Program-made: the position numbers and the translations under genes | Notes under the pieces: model-generated | The model's database searches: none | What the model was told of the DNA's origin: nothing | Seen by the model: the letters and a program-made list of their open reading frames with translations, nothing else | Part shown: positions 1 to 10,493 of the stretch, one piece after another | How positions within the stretch are numbered: the first letter of the stretch is position 1 | Layout of the letters: each line of letters starts with the position of its first letter | NCBI GenBank assembly: GCA_963780165.1 | Contig: CAWABB010000001.1 | Coordinates: forward strand, 2,219,591 to 2,283,590 | Length of the DNA: 64,000 nucleotides | Reading direction: 5' to 3' | Source of the DNA: an uncultured Ignavibacteria bacterium | Lineage (GTDB): Bacteria > Bacteroidota > Ignavibacteria > UBA10030 > UBA6906

Positions 1-996
1 ACGGTCGAGGAGCAGCTGCGGGGGGCGCTCCTGCTGATCCCAAACATCCCGCATGCCGACGTTCCCGACGGGAGAACCCCGGCCGACAACAAGGTCATCG
101 CCGAATGGGGGAGCGATCCGGTGATCGACTTCACGCCGAAGCCGCATTGGGAGCTTCTCGAGACATTGCATCTTGTCGACTTCGCGCGGGGAACCAAAGT
201 AACGGGAGCCGGGTTCCCGATATATACGGGCCGCGGCGCGAGACTGGAACGCGCGCTGATCAATTTTTTCCTGGACACGGCGAGCGCCTCCGGCTATACC
301 GAAATGTTTCCGCCGATCGTCGTGAACGAGGACAGCGCGAGAGGGACGGGGCAGCTGCCGGACAAGGAAGACCAGATGTACGTCGTGACGCGCGACAATC
401 TGTATCTGGTTCCGACGGCCGAAGTGCCCGTGACCAATTTCCATCGCGACGAAATCCTCCGCGAGGAGGAGCTGCCGGTGAAGATCTGCGCGTACACGCC
501 GTGCTTCCGACGGGAAGCCGGATCGTACGGCAAGGACGTGCGGGGTCTCAACCGGGTACATCAGTTCAATAAAGTGGAGCTGGTCAATCTCGTCCATCCC
601 GGGACATCGTATCAGGAACTCGAGGCGATGCGCGGGCAGGCCGAACGCTTGCTGCGGCAACTGGGGCTCCGGTACCGCGTGCTGCTCATGTGCTCCGGTG
701 ATCTCGGCTTCACGCAGGCGAAGAAGTACGACCTCGAGGTATGGTCCATCGCGCAACAGCGCTGGCTCGAAGTGTCGTCGGTCAGCAACTTCGAGGCATA
801 CCAGGCCCGCCGCATGAACATCCGTTTCCGTCCCCGCGCCGGCGGCAAGCCCGAAATCGTCCATACGCTCAACGGCTCCGCCCTCGCGCTCCCGCGCACC
901 ATGGCTGCGCTTCTCGAGGCGTACCAGACGCCAGAGGGGAAAGTCCTGATCCCGAAGGTTCTTCATCGTTACACCGGTTTCGAAGTTCTGGGCTGA
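1..996 (+). CDS. serS: Seryl-tRNA synthetase, C-terminal catalytic core (5' end lies outside the window)
   Basis: Frame-1 translation from base 1 continues into ORF 121..996. Class-II aaRS motifs are visible (…FRREAGSYGKDVRGLNRVHQFNKVELV…, …SNFEAYQARRMNIRFR…) and the C-terminus is typical of SerS. Confidence 0.9.
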   Translation, partial: TVEEQLRGALLLIPNIPHADVPDGRTPADNKVIAEWGSDPVIDFTPKPHWELLETLHLVDFARGTKVTGAGFPIYTGRGARLERALINFFLDTASASGYTEMFPPIVVNEDSARGTGQLPDKEDQMYVVTRDNLYLVPTAEVPVTNFHRDEILREEELPVKICAYTPCFRREAGSYGKDVRGLNRVHQFNKVELVNLVHPGTSYQELEAMRGQAERLLRQLGLRYRVLLMCSGDLGFTQAKKYDLEVWSIAQQRWLEVSSVSNFEAYQARRMNIRFRPRAGGKPEIVHTLNGSALALPRTMAALLEAYQTPEGKVLIPKVLHRYTGFEVLG

Positions 997-1001
997 GCCG
1001 C

Positions 1002-2762
1002 ATGAAACCGCTGCTCCGTCTCCGACCGTACCTCGCGCGGTACCGCCGCACCGTCATTCTCGGCATTCTGACGGTCGTGGCCAGCAACCTGTTTACGGTG
1101 GGGCAGCCCCTGGTGGTCGGCCGCGCGATCGACACGCTCAAGACCGGCCTCGAAACGCACTCGCTCGCGGGGGGCGATCTGCTGCTCTATGCCCTGCTCG
1201 TCGTGGGGCTCTCGCTCGTGGCGGGCGTCTTCACGTTCCTGACCCGCCAGACCATCATTGTCATGTCGCGCAAGATCGAGTTCGATCTGCGCAACGACTT
1301 CCTCGCCCATCTCCAGCGCCTTCCGCTCTCGTTCTACCAGAACACGCCGACCGGGGACCTGATGGCGCACGCGACGAACGATATCGGTGCCGTGCGGAAC
1401 ACGCTGGGGCCCGGCGTCATGTATCCCACCGACACGCTGATGACGTTCACGATGGTCCTTGCGATCATGTTCACCACGGACTGGCAGCTGACACTGCTGG
1501 CGCTGGTGCCGATGCCTTTTGTTTCGCTCGCTGTCTACCGTCTGGGGAAGCTGGTGCACAAGAAGTTCGAAGAGCGGCAGGCGAAGTATTCGGAGTTGAC
1601 CACGCGGGCGCAGGAGAATCTCTCGGGCATCCGGGTCGTGCGGGCGTACGTGCGGGAAAGCTTCGAAATCCTCCGCTTCCGGACGCTGAGCCGGGAGTAT
1701 CTCGAGAAGAACCTCGTCCTCGCGCGCGTGCAGTCCATCATGTGGCCGCTGATGTTCATGCTGGTGGGCTTCTCGCTGGTCATCACCCTCTATGGCGGAG
1801 GCCTCAAGGTCATCGAGGGCCGGATGACCATCGGAACGCTGACCGCATTCTTCGGATACCTCGTGATGCTCATCTGGCCGATGATCGCGTTCGGATGGGT
1901 GATTAATCTGCTCCAGCAGGGCTCCGCCTCGATGGGACGGCTGGCGAAGATCTTCGATACGGTGCCCGAGGTCGCGGACGGCCCGAACACGGACACGGCC
2001 ATCACGACGCTGCATGGCGACATCGAGTTCCGGGACGTCACGTTCACCCATACGGGGGCGAATCGTCAGACGCTCTCCGGGGTCAACCTGAGGATCCCGT
2101 CCGGGACGTCGCTTGCGATCGTCGGGTACACGGGCTCAGGGAAGAGCACGATGGTAAACCTGATCCCGCGGCTGTACGACGTTACCTCCGGGGCGGTGCT
2201 GATCGACGGGCGCGATGTCCGCACAATCCCGCTTGCCGTGCTGCGGCAGCACATCGGATGCGTCCCGCAGGAGACGTTCCTGTTCTCTCAGACGCTCGCT
2301 CAGAACATCGCGTACGGGCGCGACAGCGTCCCGCATGACGAGATTCTGGAATCGGCGCACATCTCGAGGATTGCGCGCGATGTTGAGGAGTTCCCATCGG
2401 GCTACGATACGATGCTGGGGGAGCGCGGCATCACCCTTTCGGGCGGACAGAAGCAGCGTACCAGCCTTGCGCGGGCCCTCATGCGGAAGCCGAGCATCCT
2501 GATCCTGGACGACGCGCTCTCGGCGGTGGACACCGTGACCGAGGAGGAGATCCTCTCCGGGCTCAGGGTTGTGATGAAGGAACGGACCAGTATCCTGATC
2601 AGCCACCGCATTTCCACGGTGAAGGATGCCGACCAGATCGTCGTGCTGCACGAAGGGAATATCGCAGAGCGCGGCAACCATGATGAGCTCGTGGAGCACG
2701 GGGGGATCTATGCGGATCTCTTCCGGAAACAGCAGCTTGAAGAGGAGCTGGAGCACCTGTAG
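1002..2762 (+). CDS. ABC exporter, fused permease + ATPase (MsbA/MdlA-like), first of a pair
   Basis: ATG at 1002 lies 5 nt after the serS stop, in the same frame as ORF 741..2762. The N-terminal half has 6 hydrophobic helices. Walker A GYTGSGKST, signature LSGGQKQR, Walker B ILILDDALSAVD. Confidence 0.9.
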   Translation: MKPLLRLRPYLARYRRTVILGILTVVASNLFTVGQPLVVGRAIDTLKTGLETHSLAGGDLLLYALLVVGLSLVAGVFTFLTRQTIIVMSRKIEFDLRNDFLAHLQRLPLSFYQNTPTGDLMAHATNDIGAVRNTLGPGVMYPTDTLMTFTMVLAIMFTTDWQLTLLALVPMPFVSLAVYRLGKLVHKKFEERQAKYSELTTRAQENLSGIRVVRAYVRESFEILRFRTLSREYLEKNLVLARVQSIMWPLMFMLVGFSLVITLYGGGLKVIEGRMTIGTLTAFFGYLVMLIWPMIAFGWVINLLQQGSASMGRLAKIFDTVPEVADGPNTDTAITTLHGDIEFRDVTFTHTGANRQTLSGVNLRIPSGTSLAIVGYTGSGKSTMVNLIPRLYDVTSGAVLIDGRDVRTIPLAVLRQHIGCVPQETFLFSQTLAQNIAYGRDSVPHDEILESAHISRIARDVEEFPSGYDTMLGERGITLSGGQKQRTSLARALMRKPSILILDDALSAVDTVTEEEILSGLRVVMKERTSILISHRISTVKDADQIVVLHEGNIAERGNHDELVEHGGIYADLFRKQQLEEELEHL

Positions 2763-2779
2763 GCGCTCCGGGCAGGACC

Positions 2780-4588
2780 ATGCACGAAGAAGAAGTTCTC
2801 GGCAAAGCCTACGACGGGGCGCTCATGCGGCGCCTGCTAACGTACCTCCGGCCCTACCGGTGGCACGTGGCGCTCGGCGTTCTCCTGAGCGTCCTCGTAT
2901 CCGCCATGGAGGCGGTTCGCCCGTACTTCACGAAGGTGGCCGTGGACGAGAACATCGCGAGCGGCGACACTCACGGGCTGCTTCTTACGAGCGTCTACTT
3001 TCTGGTCATCCTGATTGCGCGCGGCGTCCTGCAGTACTTCAATGCCTATCTCACACAGTGGATCGGCCAGCAAACGATCTTCGACCTGCGGATGCAGGTG
3101 TTCGAGCACCTGCAGCGCCTGAGCACGAAGTTCTTCGACCGGAATCCCATCGGGCGGCTGATCACCCGCGTGACGAGCGATGTCGAGGTCCTGAACGAGA
3201 TGTTCTCCTCGGGGATCGTGATGGTGTTCAGCGACGTCTTCACGATCATCGGAATCCTGTGGTTCATGTTCTCCATGAACTGGACGCTGGCGATCGTCTC
3301 CCTGAGCGTGCTGCCGCTGCTGTTCTACGGGACGTTCCTGTTCCGCAGGCATGCGCGCGACGCGTACCGGGAGGTGCGCCTCCAGGTCGCCCGGATCAAC
3401 ACGTTCATGCAGGAGCACATTACCGGGATGACGGTGGACCAGCTGTTCAACAAGGAGCAGGAGGCCTACCGCCGGTTCAGCGGGATCAACGGGGCGCACC
3501 GGGACGCGAACATCCGGTCGATCTTCTACTATGCGCTCTTCTATCCCGGGGTGGAGCTGATCGGCGCGATCGCCGTGGGGCTGATCCTCTGGTATGCGGG
3601 CGTGGGGGCGCTGGAGGGGACGGTGACGATCGGGACGGTGATGGCCTTTTTTCAGTTCAACGAAATGTTCTGGCGTCCGATCCGTGACCTGTCCGAAAAG
3701 TACAACATCATGCAGACGGCCATGGCGTCGTCCGAGAGGGTCTTTAAGCTCCTGGACGACACCACGCTCGTGCGGGATCCCGAAACCCCCGTCCCACTGA
3801 GGGATGTGAGGGGGGATATCGAGTTCCGGAACGTGTGGTTTTCGTACACCACCACGGCGAACGGCGAGGAACCGGCCCAGTGGGTGCTGAGGGACGTGTC
3901 GTTCACGATCAAGGCGGGGGAGGCTGTCGCGATCGTTGGGCACACCGGCGCGGGGAAGACAACCATCATCAGCCTGCTCACCCGCTTCTACGACATCCAG
4001 CGCGGCGAGATCCTCATGGACGGCGTGAACATTGCGCATGTCCGCCAGGCCGACCTCCGCCGGCAGATGGCGGTCGTGCTGCAGGACGTCTTCCTGTTCT
4101 CGGGCGACATCACCGGGAACATCGCCCTCGGGGACGAACACATTTCCGACGACCGCGTCCGCGCCGCGTCGCGCGTGGTGGGCGCCAATGTGTTCATCGA
4201 AAAGCTGCACGGCGGATATCTGGCAGAAGTCAAGGAGCGGGGAGCGACGCTCTCCGTGGGCCAGAAGCAGCTCATCTCGTTCGCTCGCGCGCTCGCGTAT
4301 CATCCGAAGATTCTGATCCTGGACGAAGCGACCTCAAGCGTGGACACCGAGACGGAGCTGCTCATCCAGGGAGCGATCAGGAAGCTGCTCCGCGGCCACA
4401 CCTCCATCGTGATCGCCCATCGCCTCTCTACCATCCAGTCGGCCTCGAAGATCATCGTGATGCACAAGGGGGAGATCAGGGAGATGGGGACGCATCAGGA
4501 GCTCCTCGGGCGGGGCGGGATCTATTCGAAGCTCTACCAGCTGCAGTACAAAGATCAGGAACAGGCAGTGCCTGGCGTGCCGCGCTGA
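2780..4588 (+). CDS. ABC exporter, fused permease + ATPase (MdlB-like), second of the heterodimeric pair
   Basis: Walker A GHTGAGKTT, signature LSVGQKQ, Walker B ILILDEATSSVD. Starts 18 nt after the preceding ABC gene. Confidence 0.9.
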   Translation: MHEEEVLGKAYDGALMRRLLTYLRPYRWHVALGVLLSVLVSAMEAVRPYFTKVAVDENIASGDTHGLLLTSVYFLVILIARGVLQYFNAYLTQWIGQQTIFDLRMQVFEHLQRLSTKFFDRNPIGRLITRVTSDVEVLNEMFSSGIVMVFSDVFTIIGILWFMFSMNWTLAIVSLSVLPLLFYGTFLFRRHARDAYREVRLQVARINTFMQEHITGMTVDQLFNKEQEAYRRFSGINGAHRDANIRSIFYYALFYPGVELIGAIAVGLILWYAGVGALEGTVTIGTVMAFFQFNEMFWRPIRDLSEKYNIMQTAMASSERVFKLLDDTTLVRDPETPVPLRDVRGDIEFRNVWFSYTTTANGEEPAQWVLRDVSFTIKAGEAVAIVGHTGAGKTTIISLLTRFYDIQRGEILMDGVNIAHVRQADLRRQMAVVLQDVFLFSGDITGNIALGDEHISDDRVRAASRVVGANVFIEKLHGGYLAEVKERGATLSVGQKQLISFARALAYHPKILILDEATSSVDTETELLIQGAIRKLLRGHTSIVIAHRLSTIQSASKIIVMHKGEIREMGTHQELLGRGGIYSKLYQLQYKDQEQAVPGVPR

Positions 4589-4730
4589 GCCTGTGTTCCA
4601 TGTCACGATCCGGCGGACCTGCCTTGCAACTCCCGGGTCGATTGCGTAGCATGCCTGTACCCCCTCCCGAGTGCGAATCCAACGCGGAGATCGTGCGATG
4701 ACCTCACGAGTGCCGAGTGCCTCCAAGTTC

Positions 4731-5711
4731 ATGACCCTCGAGCGCCACATTCTGGAGGGCGGCCGCATGCACCCTCATGCGACAGGGCAATTCTCCGGGC
4801 TGCTGCACGACCTCTCCCTCGCGGCGAAGCTTGTGTGGCGCGAAGTGACCAAGGCCGGCCTGGTGAACATCCTGGGGGCGACGGACCGCATGAACATCAG
4901 CGGCGACATCGTCAAGAAGCTGGACGAGTTCGCCGACCAGACGATCTTCCGGATGATGGACCACGGCGGCCACCTGTGTGTCATGGCCTCCGAGGAGAAC
5001 GAGGACCTGCTGCACATCCCTGAGGATTATCCGCACGGCAAATACGTGCTTCTGTACGATCCGCTGGACGGGTCAGGGAACATCGACGCGAATGTGACGA
5101 TCGGATCGATCTTCTCGATCTATCAGCGCACCTCGATCTCAGGCAAGGGGACGATGGAAGATGTGCTGCAGCCGGGGGTCCGACAGGTGGGGGCGGGATA
5201 TGTGCTGTTCGGGTCGAGCATGATGTTTGTCTATTCGACCGGTCACGGCGTGCACGGGTTCACGCTCGATCCAAGCGTGGGCGAATTCCTCCTGTCGCAC
5301 GAGAACATCAGAATTCCGAAACGCGGGAGCATTTACAGCGCGAACGAGGGGAACTTCAACCGCTGGAGCCCGGCGGTGCAACGGTACGTTCGGCACCTGA
5401 AAGAGGAATCCGCCGCTGACGGGCGCCCGTACTCGCAACGGTACGTCGGGTCGCTGGTGGCCGACATTCACCGGACGCTGCTGTACGGCGGAATCTATTT
5501 CTATCCCGGGGACACGAAGAACCCTGACGGAAAGCTGCGGCTTGTGTACGAATGCAATCCGCTGTCGTATCTCGTTGAGCAGGCCGGAGGGGCGGCCTCG
5601 GATGGGCGGGTCAGGATCATGGAGAAGACGCCGCTCACGCTGCATGAGCGCACGCCGATATTCATCGGGAGCACTGAGGATGTGGAGGGGGCGGTGACGT
5701 TTCTCGCGTGA
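4731..5711 (+). CDS. fbp: Fructose-1,6-bisphosphatase class 1
   Basis: MTLERHILEG…ATGQFSGLL…LYDPLDGSGNIDANVTIGSIFSIY… aligns with the E. coli Fbp N-terminus and metal-binding loop. Start chosen by that alignment (internal Met of ORF 4671). Confidence 0.88.
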   Translation: MTLERHILEGGRMHPHATGQFSGLLHDLSLAAKLVWREVTKAGLVNILGATDRMNISGDIVKKLDEFADQTIFRMMDHGGHLCVMASEENEDLLHIPEDYPHGKYVLLYDPLDGSGNIDANVTIGSIFSIYQRTSISGKGTMEDVLQPGVRQVGAGYVLFGSSMMFVYSTGHGVHGFTLDPSVGEFLLSHENIRIPKRGSIYSANEGNFNRWSPAVQRYVRHLKEESAADGRPYSQRYVGSLVADIHRTLLYGGIYFYPGDTKNPDGKLRLVYECNPLSYLVEQAGGAASDGRVRIMEKTPLTLHERTPIFIGSTEDVEGAVTFLA

Positions 5712-5810
5712 GCGGGTGAGAACCATGAGCCGGGTGCGCACCACCGGGCCCGAAGGGCAATCAGGTCAGGACGTCACCAGGCGAATGTGCGGGCAGGCAC
5801 GAGAGGTGTG

Positions 5811-5860
5811 GCACACACACAACACCCCCGTCGGCATTCCGGCGGGGGTGTTGTGTGTGC
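5811..5860. terminator. Intergenic GC-rich stem-loop between convergent fbp and cpoB-like genes
   Basis: GCACACACACAACACCCCCG–12 nt loop–CGGGGGTGTTGTGTGTGC forms a nearly perfect ~18-bp inverted repeat. There is no U-tract. Confidence 0.45.
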
Positions 5861-5875
5861 GGCGGCACGCGAAGG

Positions 5876-6606
5876 TCAGTACAGGCGCGACAGTTTCGCC
5901 TGGGCCTTCGGCACGAGCGGGCTGGTGGGATACGACGACACAACCGCGTTGAACGCGTCGCGAGCGGCGTCGCGGTTGCCGAGCGCCAGCTGTGAGTTGC
6001 CGATCATGTACTGGGCATACGGCTTCTTCCCTGACGACGCGTACTCCAGCACGCGGCCGAACTGGCGCGTCGCTTCGCTGTAGTTTTTCAACGCGTAGTA
6101 CGATTCGCCAATCCAGTACGTGCAGTTGTCCGCGAGCTCCGTCCGGGGATTCGCCTGCAGGATGGCCTCGAATTGCTGGATGGCTGGCTGATAATTCCGC
6201 TTCATGTATTGATCCAGCGCTTCCGCGTAGGCCGCCTTGAGGTCGGACGATGGGTTGACATACGCGGCTGCAGGCGTCGCGGGCGCAGGACCCTGTCCCG
6301 CGCGCAGCTTCGTTTCGAGCTCGGCGATCCGTCCGCGCATGGTCCTGTTCTCAACCGTCAGTGCATCCACCTGTCCCTGGAGCATCAGGTTCGCCTTCAT
6401 CAGGCTGTCGGCTCTGGAAGACAGGGCGGCAGTGGAGGGGTCGGCCGTCGTCGGAGGGAGCACCGGCGCGGGAGACATCACGGGCGCGTCTGATGGCGGC
6501 GGTGTGGAGGTCGTCTCCCACTCCTCGTCTTCGAAGGCCTCTTCCGTCGGTCCGCATCCGGTCACGCAGACTGCTGCGCCGAGCAGCAAGACCGCGGCCA
6601 GCATCG
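5876..6606 (-). CDS. CpoB/YbgF-like lipoprotein (coiled-coil + C-terminal TPR, Tol-Pal-associated)
   Basis: Signal MLAAVLLLGAAVCVTGC (lipobox). C-terminal …YWIGESYYALKNYSEATRQFGRVLEYASSGKKPYAQYMIGNSQLALGNRDAARDAFNAVVSSYPTSPLVPKAQAKL matches the CpoB TPR domain. Start taken at the internal Met of ORF 5876..6760. Confidence 0.6.
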
Positions 6607-6790
6607 GCACTGTGGAGCGCCCTGCGTCGGGGGAGAGAGTGACCATTATGGGACTCCTTGTGACCGTTTGTGATGAGCCAATGTATCGAACCATGCTCCG
6701 AATGTCAAGGGAACGCGGCCCCGGAGCGGTGCGCAGCTGGCGCGAGCAGAGGTTTGTCATTCAGAGGGTGAAGTGGTATATTTATTTTCT

Positions 6791-8518
6791 ATGGACATGC
6801 ACAGAGTGCGGATCACGCTTGTCGCTGGCGTGACGGCGATGATGATCAGTGGGTGCGGGAGCGGTCAGGCGGTTGCACCGCAGTCTCCGCCAGGCGCCGA
6901 GCGCACGCGGGCGCAGCAGGAGGCGATGTCGGAGGCGGCTCTCGGGCACCTCGTCGACGGATCGGTCTATGAACTTCAGGGCGACTGCGCGCGCGCGGTC
7001 CTGGAGTATCAGGACGCGCTCCGGTACGCCGCCGACCCTGCCGTCTACTTCGCGCTCGCGAAGTGCTACACCGCGCTCGGCAAGTACTCGCTCGCAATCG
7101 GGGCAGGCCGCGAAGCGGTGGACCGCGCGCCCGACCGCCTCGAGTACCGGCGGATCCTCGCGCAGGCACAGGTCGCGGCGTTCGATATCGACGGCGCGAT
7201 CGCCCAGTATAACGAGATCGTCACACGAGACTCGAGCGCGGCGGACGCATGGTTCGCCCTTGCGCGGCTCTACCAGGCCCGCAAACCCCTGCAGGCGCTC
7301 GAGATCTACGAGGAGATCCTCCATCGGTTCGGACCGGAATGGGAAGTCCTCCTCCAGATCGCCGAGCTCCGGTCACGCATGGGCCAGCATGAGCAGGCGG
7401 CCGAAGCCCTGGCGGAACTGTCCAGCCTCGATCCAGCAAACCAGTCCCTCCGCAAGAGTCTCGCGCAGGCATATGTCCGCGCCGGACAGCTCGACTCCGC
7501 GTACGCGCTGTATACGGAGTTGCTCGAGCGCGATCCGGGCAACCTGGAGTACACGACGGAACGCGCCGGTGTCCTGCTCCTGCAGCACGACTATGTGGGC
7601 GCATCCCGCGCGTTCGACGACGTGCTGTCGCGCGACAGCGTCACCGTCGACCTCAAGGTGCATATCGGCGAGCTGTATTTTGCGCAGCTGGACAAGGATT
7701 CCACGCTCGTGCCCCTGACGCGTTCGCTCTTCGAGCGGATCCGGGAGAAGCATCCCGACGATTGGCGGGCGTACTTCTATCTTGGCGCGATCGGATCGAT
7801 GTCCGGCCAGGACAGCACTGCGGTCAGCAATTTCAGGCGCGTCACCGAGCTGGCAGCGTGGAACGCCGACGCCTGGGTCTACCTGTCGACCGCGTATCTC
7901 GGGAAGAACAAATTCGACGAAGCGGTGCGCGTGCTGGAACCGGCCGTGAAGGCGGTGCCCGACGACTTCCGGGTGAACTTCTTCCTGGGGGTTGCCTACA
8001 ACCGGCTGAACAGGCAGACCGACGCCGTGCGCGTGCTGGAACGCGCCAGGAGTATCGATCCGACGAACATCGATGCCGCCGCGCAGCTTGCCATGGTGTA
8101 CGACGGCCTCAAGATGTATGAGGAATCTGACAGTCTCTACGAGATCGCGCTGCGGCTCCGCCCCGACTACCCGCTGGTGCTGAACAACTTCGCCTACAGT
8201 CTGGCCGTGCGCGACATGCAGCTCGAACGGGCCCTCGGGATGTCCCAGAAGGCTGTGGGCATCGAACCGGAAAATGCGTCATATCTGGACACGATCGGCT
8301 GGATCTATTTCCGCCTCGGCCGCTATCCCGAGGCGGAGGAGAACATTGCCCGCGCGCTCGCAAAGGGCGAGGCGAACGCCGAAGTGCTGGAGCATATGGG
8401 GGATGTGCAGTACAAGTTGAACCGGCCGGACCAGGCCATGGAGTACTGGCGCCGTGCGCTCGAGCTGACCCCCGAGAACGCGACGCTCAAAGAGAAGGTG
8501 TCGCGCGGAACACTATGA
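6791..8518 (+). CDS. TPR-repeat lipoprotein (first gene of the TPR–DUF4292–M23 cluster)
   Basis: Signal/lipobox MHRVRITLVAGVTAMMISGC, followed by more than 10 TPR-like helical repeats. The stop overlaps the next start (8515/8518). Confidence 0.75.
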   Translation: MDMHRVRITLVAGVTAMMISGCGSGQAVAPQSPPGAERTRAQQEAMSEAALGHLVDGSVYELQGDCARAVLEYQDALRYAADPAVYFALAKCYTALGKYSLAIGAGREAVDRAPDRLEYRRILAQAQVAAFDIDGAIAQYNEIVTRDSSAADAWFALARLYQARKPLQALEIYEEILHRFGPEWEVLLQIAELRSRMGQHEQAAEALAELSSLDPANQSLRKSLAQAYVRAGQLDSAYALYTELLERDPGNLEYTTERAGVLLLQHDYVGASRAFDDVLSRDSVTVDLKVHIGELYFAQLDKDSTLVPLTRSLFERIREKHPDDWRAYFYLGAIGSMSGQDSTAVSNFRRVTELAAWNADAWVYLSTAYLGKNKFDEAVRVLEPAVKAVPDDFRVNFFLGVAYNRLNRQTDAVRVLERARSIDPTNIDAAAQLAMVYDGLKMYEESDSLYEIALRLRPDYPLVLNNFAYSLAVRDMQLERALGMSQKAVGIEPENASYLDTIGWIYFRLGRYPEAEENIARALAKGEANAEVLEHMGDVQYKLNRPDQAMEYWRRALELTPENATLKEKVSRGTL

Positions 8519-9303
8519 CCTGGCGGATGGCGTTGCGGGCGGCATGGCTGGCGCTGCCACTCCTGGTGACTGCCTGCGGCACAACCCGCGAGGGGCTCGT
8601 CCTTGATACCGGGCGCGTGCCCGCCGATGAACTGATCGAGCGTGTCCGCGAAGCATCGGAGAGGGTGCGGACGATCGCCGGCTCCGGGACGCTGGTCTTT
8701 GACAGCCCGCGGGTGAGCGGCTCGGCGGAGTTTACGCTCGCACTGCACAAGCCCGACTCCTTGCTCGTCAGGCTGGAGGGGCCGTTCGGGATGGACGTGG
8801 GATTGCTGTTCATGGACGGCGAAAGCTACGTCGCGTACAACAGCCTGGAGAACGAAGTGATCGTCGGGGCGTCCGACAGCGCTGCCTTGCGCGCGCTGAT
8901 CCCGGTCCCTCTCTCTCCAGCCCAGATCGTCAATGCGTTCTCCGGACGGTATCCGATCGATCCCGACGCGCGCGTTCTCCGGTACGGCATCGACGATGAC
9001 CGCTTCCTCCTGACGGCGCTGTGCGGAACGGACACCTGCCGGTACTGGGTCGATCCCGAGGCGCTCGTTGTGACGTCATACCGGCGCACGGGGCCCGACG
9101 GCCGCGTGGTCCTCGAGGGGGAGCTGACGAAGTTGACGACCATCGACGACATCCAGCTTCCGCGCAGCATTGTCCTGCGTGCACCGTCGCGCCGATCCAC
9201 CCTGCACATCCTCTTTGCGGACCTTGATGTCAACGGGGACGCGCCCGACTTCTCCTACACGGTCCCGGCGAACGCACGCCACAGAACCCGCCCGCGTCCA
9301 TGA
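8515..9303 (+). CDS. DUF4292-like (LolB-fold) outer-membrane lipoprotein
   Basis: Lipobox LLVTACG. Size, position between a TPR protein and an M23 peptidase, and sequence character all match the conserved DUF4292 gene of this cluster. Overlaps neighbours by 4 nt on both sides. Confidence 0.6.
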   Translation: MTWRMALRAAWLALPLLVTACGTTREGLVLDTGRVPADELIERVREASERVRTIAGSGTLVFDSPRVSGSAEFTLALHKPDSLLVRLEGPFGMDVGLLFMDGESYVAYNSLENEVIVGASDSAALRALIPVPLSPAQIVNAFSGRYPIDPDARVLRYGIDDDRFLLTALCGTDTCRYWVDPEALVVTSYRRTGPDGRVVLEGELTKLTTIDDIQLPRSIVLRAPSRRSTLHILFADLDVNGDAPDFSYTVPANARHRTRPRP

Positions 9304-10493
9304 GGCTCGCACTGATACTGCTGCTGTCGACACTGGTTGTCCGGCCGGGCACGGCGGGCGAACAGGGCAACGACGACGAGATCAAGAAGCGCCAGGCCGA
9401 GCTGGAAACGCTCCGGGACCAGATCAAGACGTACGAAGAGCGCATCGCCCGACAGACAACGACCGAGTCCACGACCCTGGAGCTGCTTGACTCGTACGAT
9501 AAGAAAGGGACGCTGCTCCGGCGGTTGCTGTCCCAGCTCCGGCGCGAGGAGGTGGAGTTGCAGAAGACTATCGGGACGACGCGCGAGGAGCTGGAGTCGC
9601 TCGGGAGGGAGCTGCAGTTCCTGCGCGACCAATACGCCCGCTACGTCGTGTCAGTGTACGCCGGCGGCCCGGAGCGCGACATGGAGCTGCTACTCGCCTC
9701 ACGCTCCCTGAACCAGGCGTCGATCAGGAACGAGTATCTGAAGCGCTTCGCTGCGCAGCGCAAGGCCGATGTCGGACGCATCCTTGCCAAGCGGAGCGAG
9801 ATCGAGGAAGTCGAGGCACGGGCGCAGCAGGAACTGACCGAGGAGCGGCGGTTGATCGCCGAAAAGGGGGCGGAGGAAGAGCGCCTCGCGTCCCTGGCGG
9901 AAGACCGCCGGACCCTCCTGAACCGCATCCGGCGCGACAAATCGCAGCTGCAGCGCGAAATCGAGCGGAAGAACCGCGCCGCCCGCGACCTGGAGGGCAT
10001 GATCACCCGGCTGATCGAGAGCGAACGCGCCCGCGAAGAGCGGGCGCTGGGGCAAGCGAAGACGCCTCCTACCATCCCTCCCGGCACAGGGTTCGACGCG
10101 CGCAAAGGCAGGTTGCGATGGCCGGTGAGTGAAGGAAGAGTCGTGGCGCGCTTCGGGAATCAACGGCACCCGACGTTGAAGACCGTCACGCAGAATACTG
10201 GGATCGACATCGCGGTCAGGTCCGGCTCCCCCGTGATGGCCGTTGCACGCGGCGAGGTGGCGACAATCTGGTGGCTCCCCTCGTTCGGCAACCTCGTCAT
10301 CCTCAATCATTACGGCGGTTACCGTACGGTGTACTCCCACCTCGAGGAAATTCATGTGGCGGAAGGTCAGGAAGTCGCGGAGGGTGAGGTGATCGGCGAG
10401 AGCGGCGAGTCGGTGGACGGCCCACGACTCCACTTCGAGATCTGGAAGGGGAAAGAGAAACAGAACCCCGAAACATGGCTGAGCGATCGATGA
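9300..10493 (+). CDS. M23/LytM-domain protein with long N-terminal coiled-coil, EnvC-like (degenerate metal site)
   Basis: N-terminal signal plus ~230 aa of heptad-rich coiled-coil. The C-terminal LytM domain reads …TGIDIAV…[13 protein letters not shown]…RLHFEIW. The HxxxD His is replaced (N-T-G-I-D) and the first His of HxH is Arg (RLH). Confidence 0.8.
   Translation: MRLALILLLSTLVVRPGTAGEQGNDDEIKKRQAELETLRDQIKTYEERIARQTTTESTTLELLDSYDKKGTLLRRLLSQLRREEVELQKTIGTTREELESLGRELQFLRDQYARYVVSVYAGGPERDMELLLASRSLNQASIRNEYLKRFAAQRKADVGRILAKRSEIEEVEARAQQELTEERRLIAEKGAEEERLASLAEDRRTLLNRIRRDKSQLQREIERKNRAARDLEGMITRLIESERAREERALGQAKTPPTIPPGTGFDARKGRLRWPVSEGRVVARFGNQRHPTLKTVTQNTGIDIAVRSGSPVMAVARGEVATIWWLPSFGNLVILNHYGGYRTVYSHLEEIHVAEGQEVAEGEVIGESGESVDGPRLHFEIWKGKEKQNPETWLSDR

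Noticed and set aside
741-1001. ORF 741..2762 extends the first ABC exporter 87 codons upstream into serS
   Set aside because: The extension overlaps the serS C-terminus in another frame. ATG 1002 gives a normal MsbA-like N-terminus (MKPLLRLRPYLARY…) right after the serS stop.
969-2051. Long antisense ORFs in the 6-frame track: 969..2051(-), 2837..4303(-), 10850..13084(-), 15330..16463(-), 17134..18555(-), 25963..27249(-), 31017..32399(+), 39715..40671(-), 45229..46725(+), 56536..57948(+), and similar
   Set aside because: Each lies opposite a gene with clear motifs, signal peptides and strong GC3 bias. Their translations are Arg/Pro/Ala-rich and low in complexity, as expected for stop-codon-poor antisense frames in GC-rich DNA.
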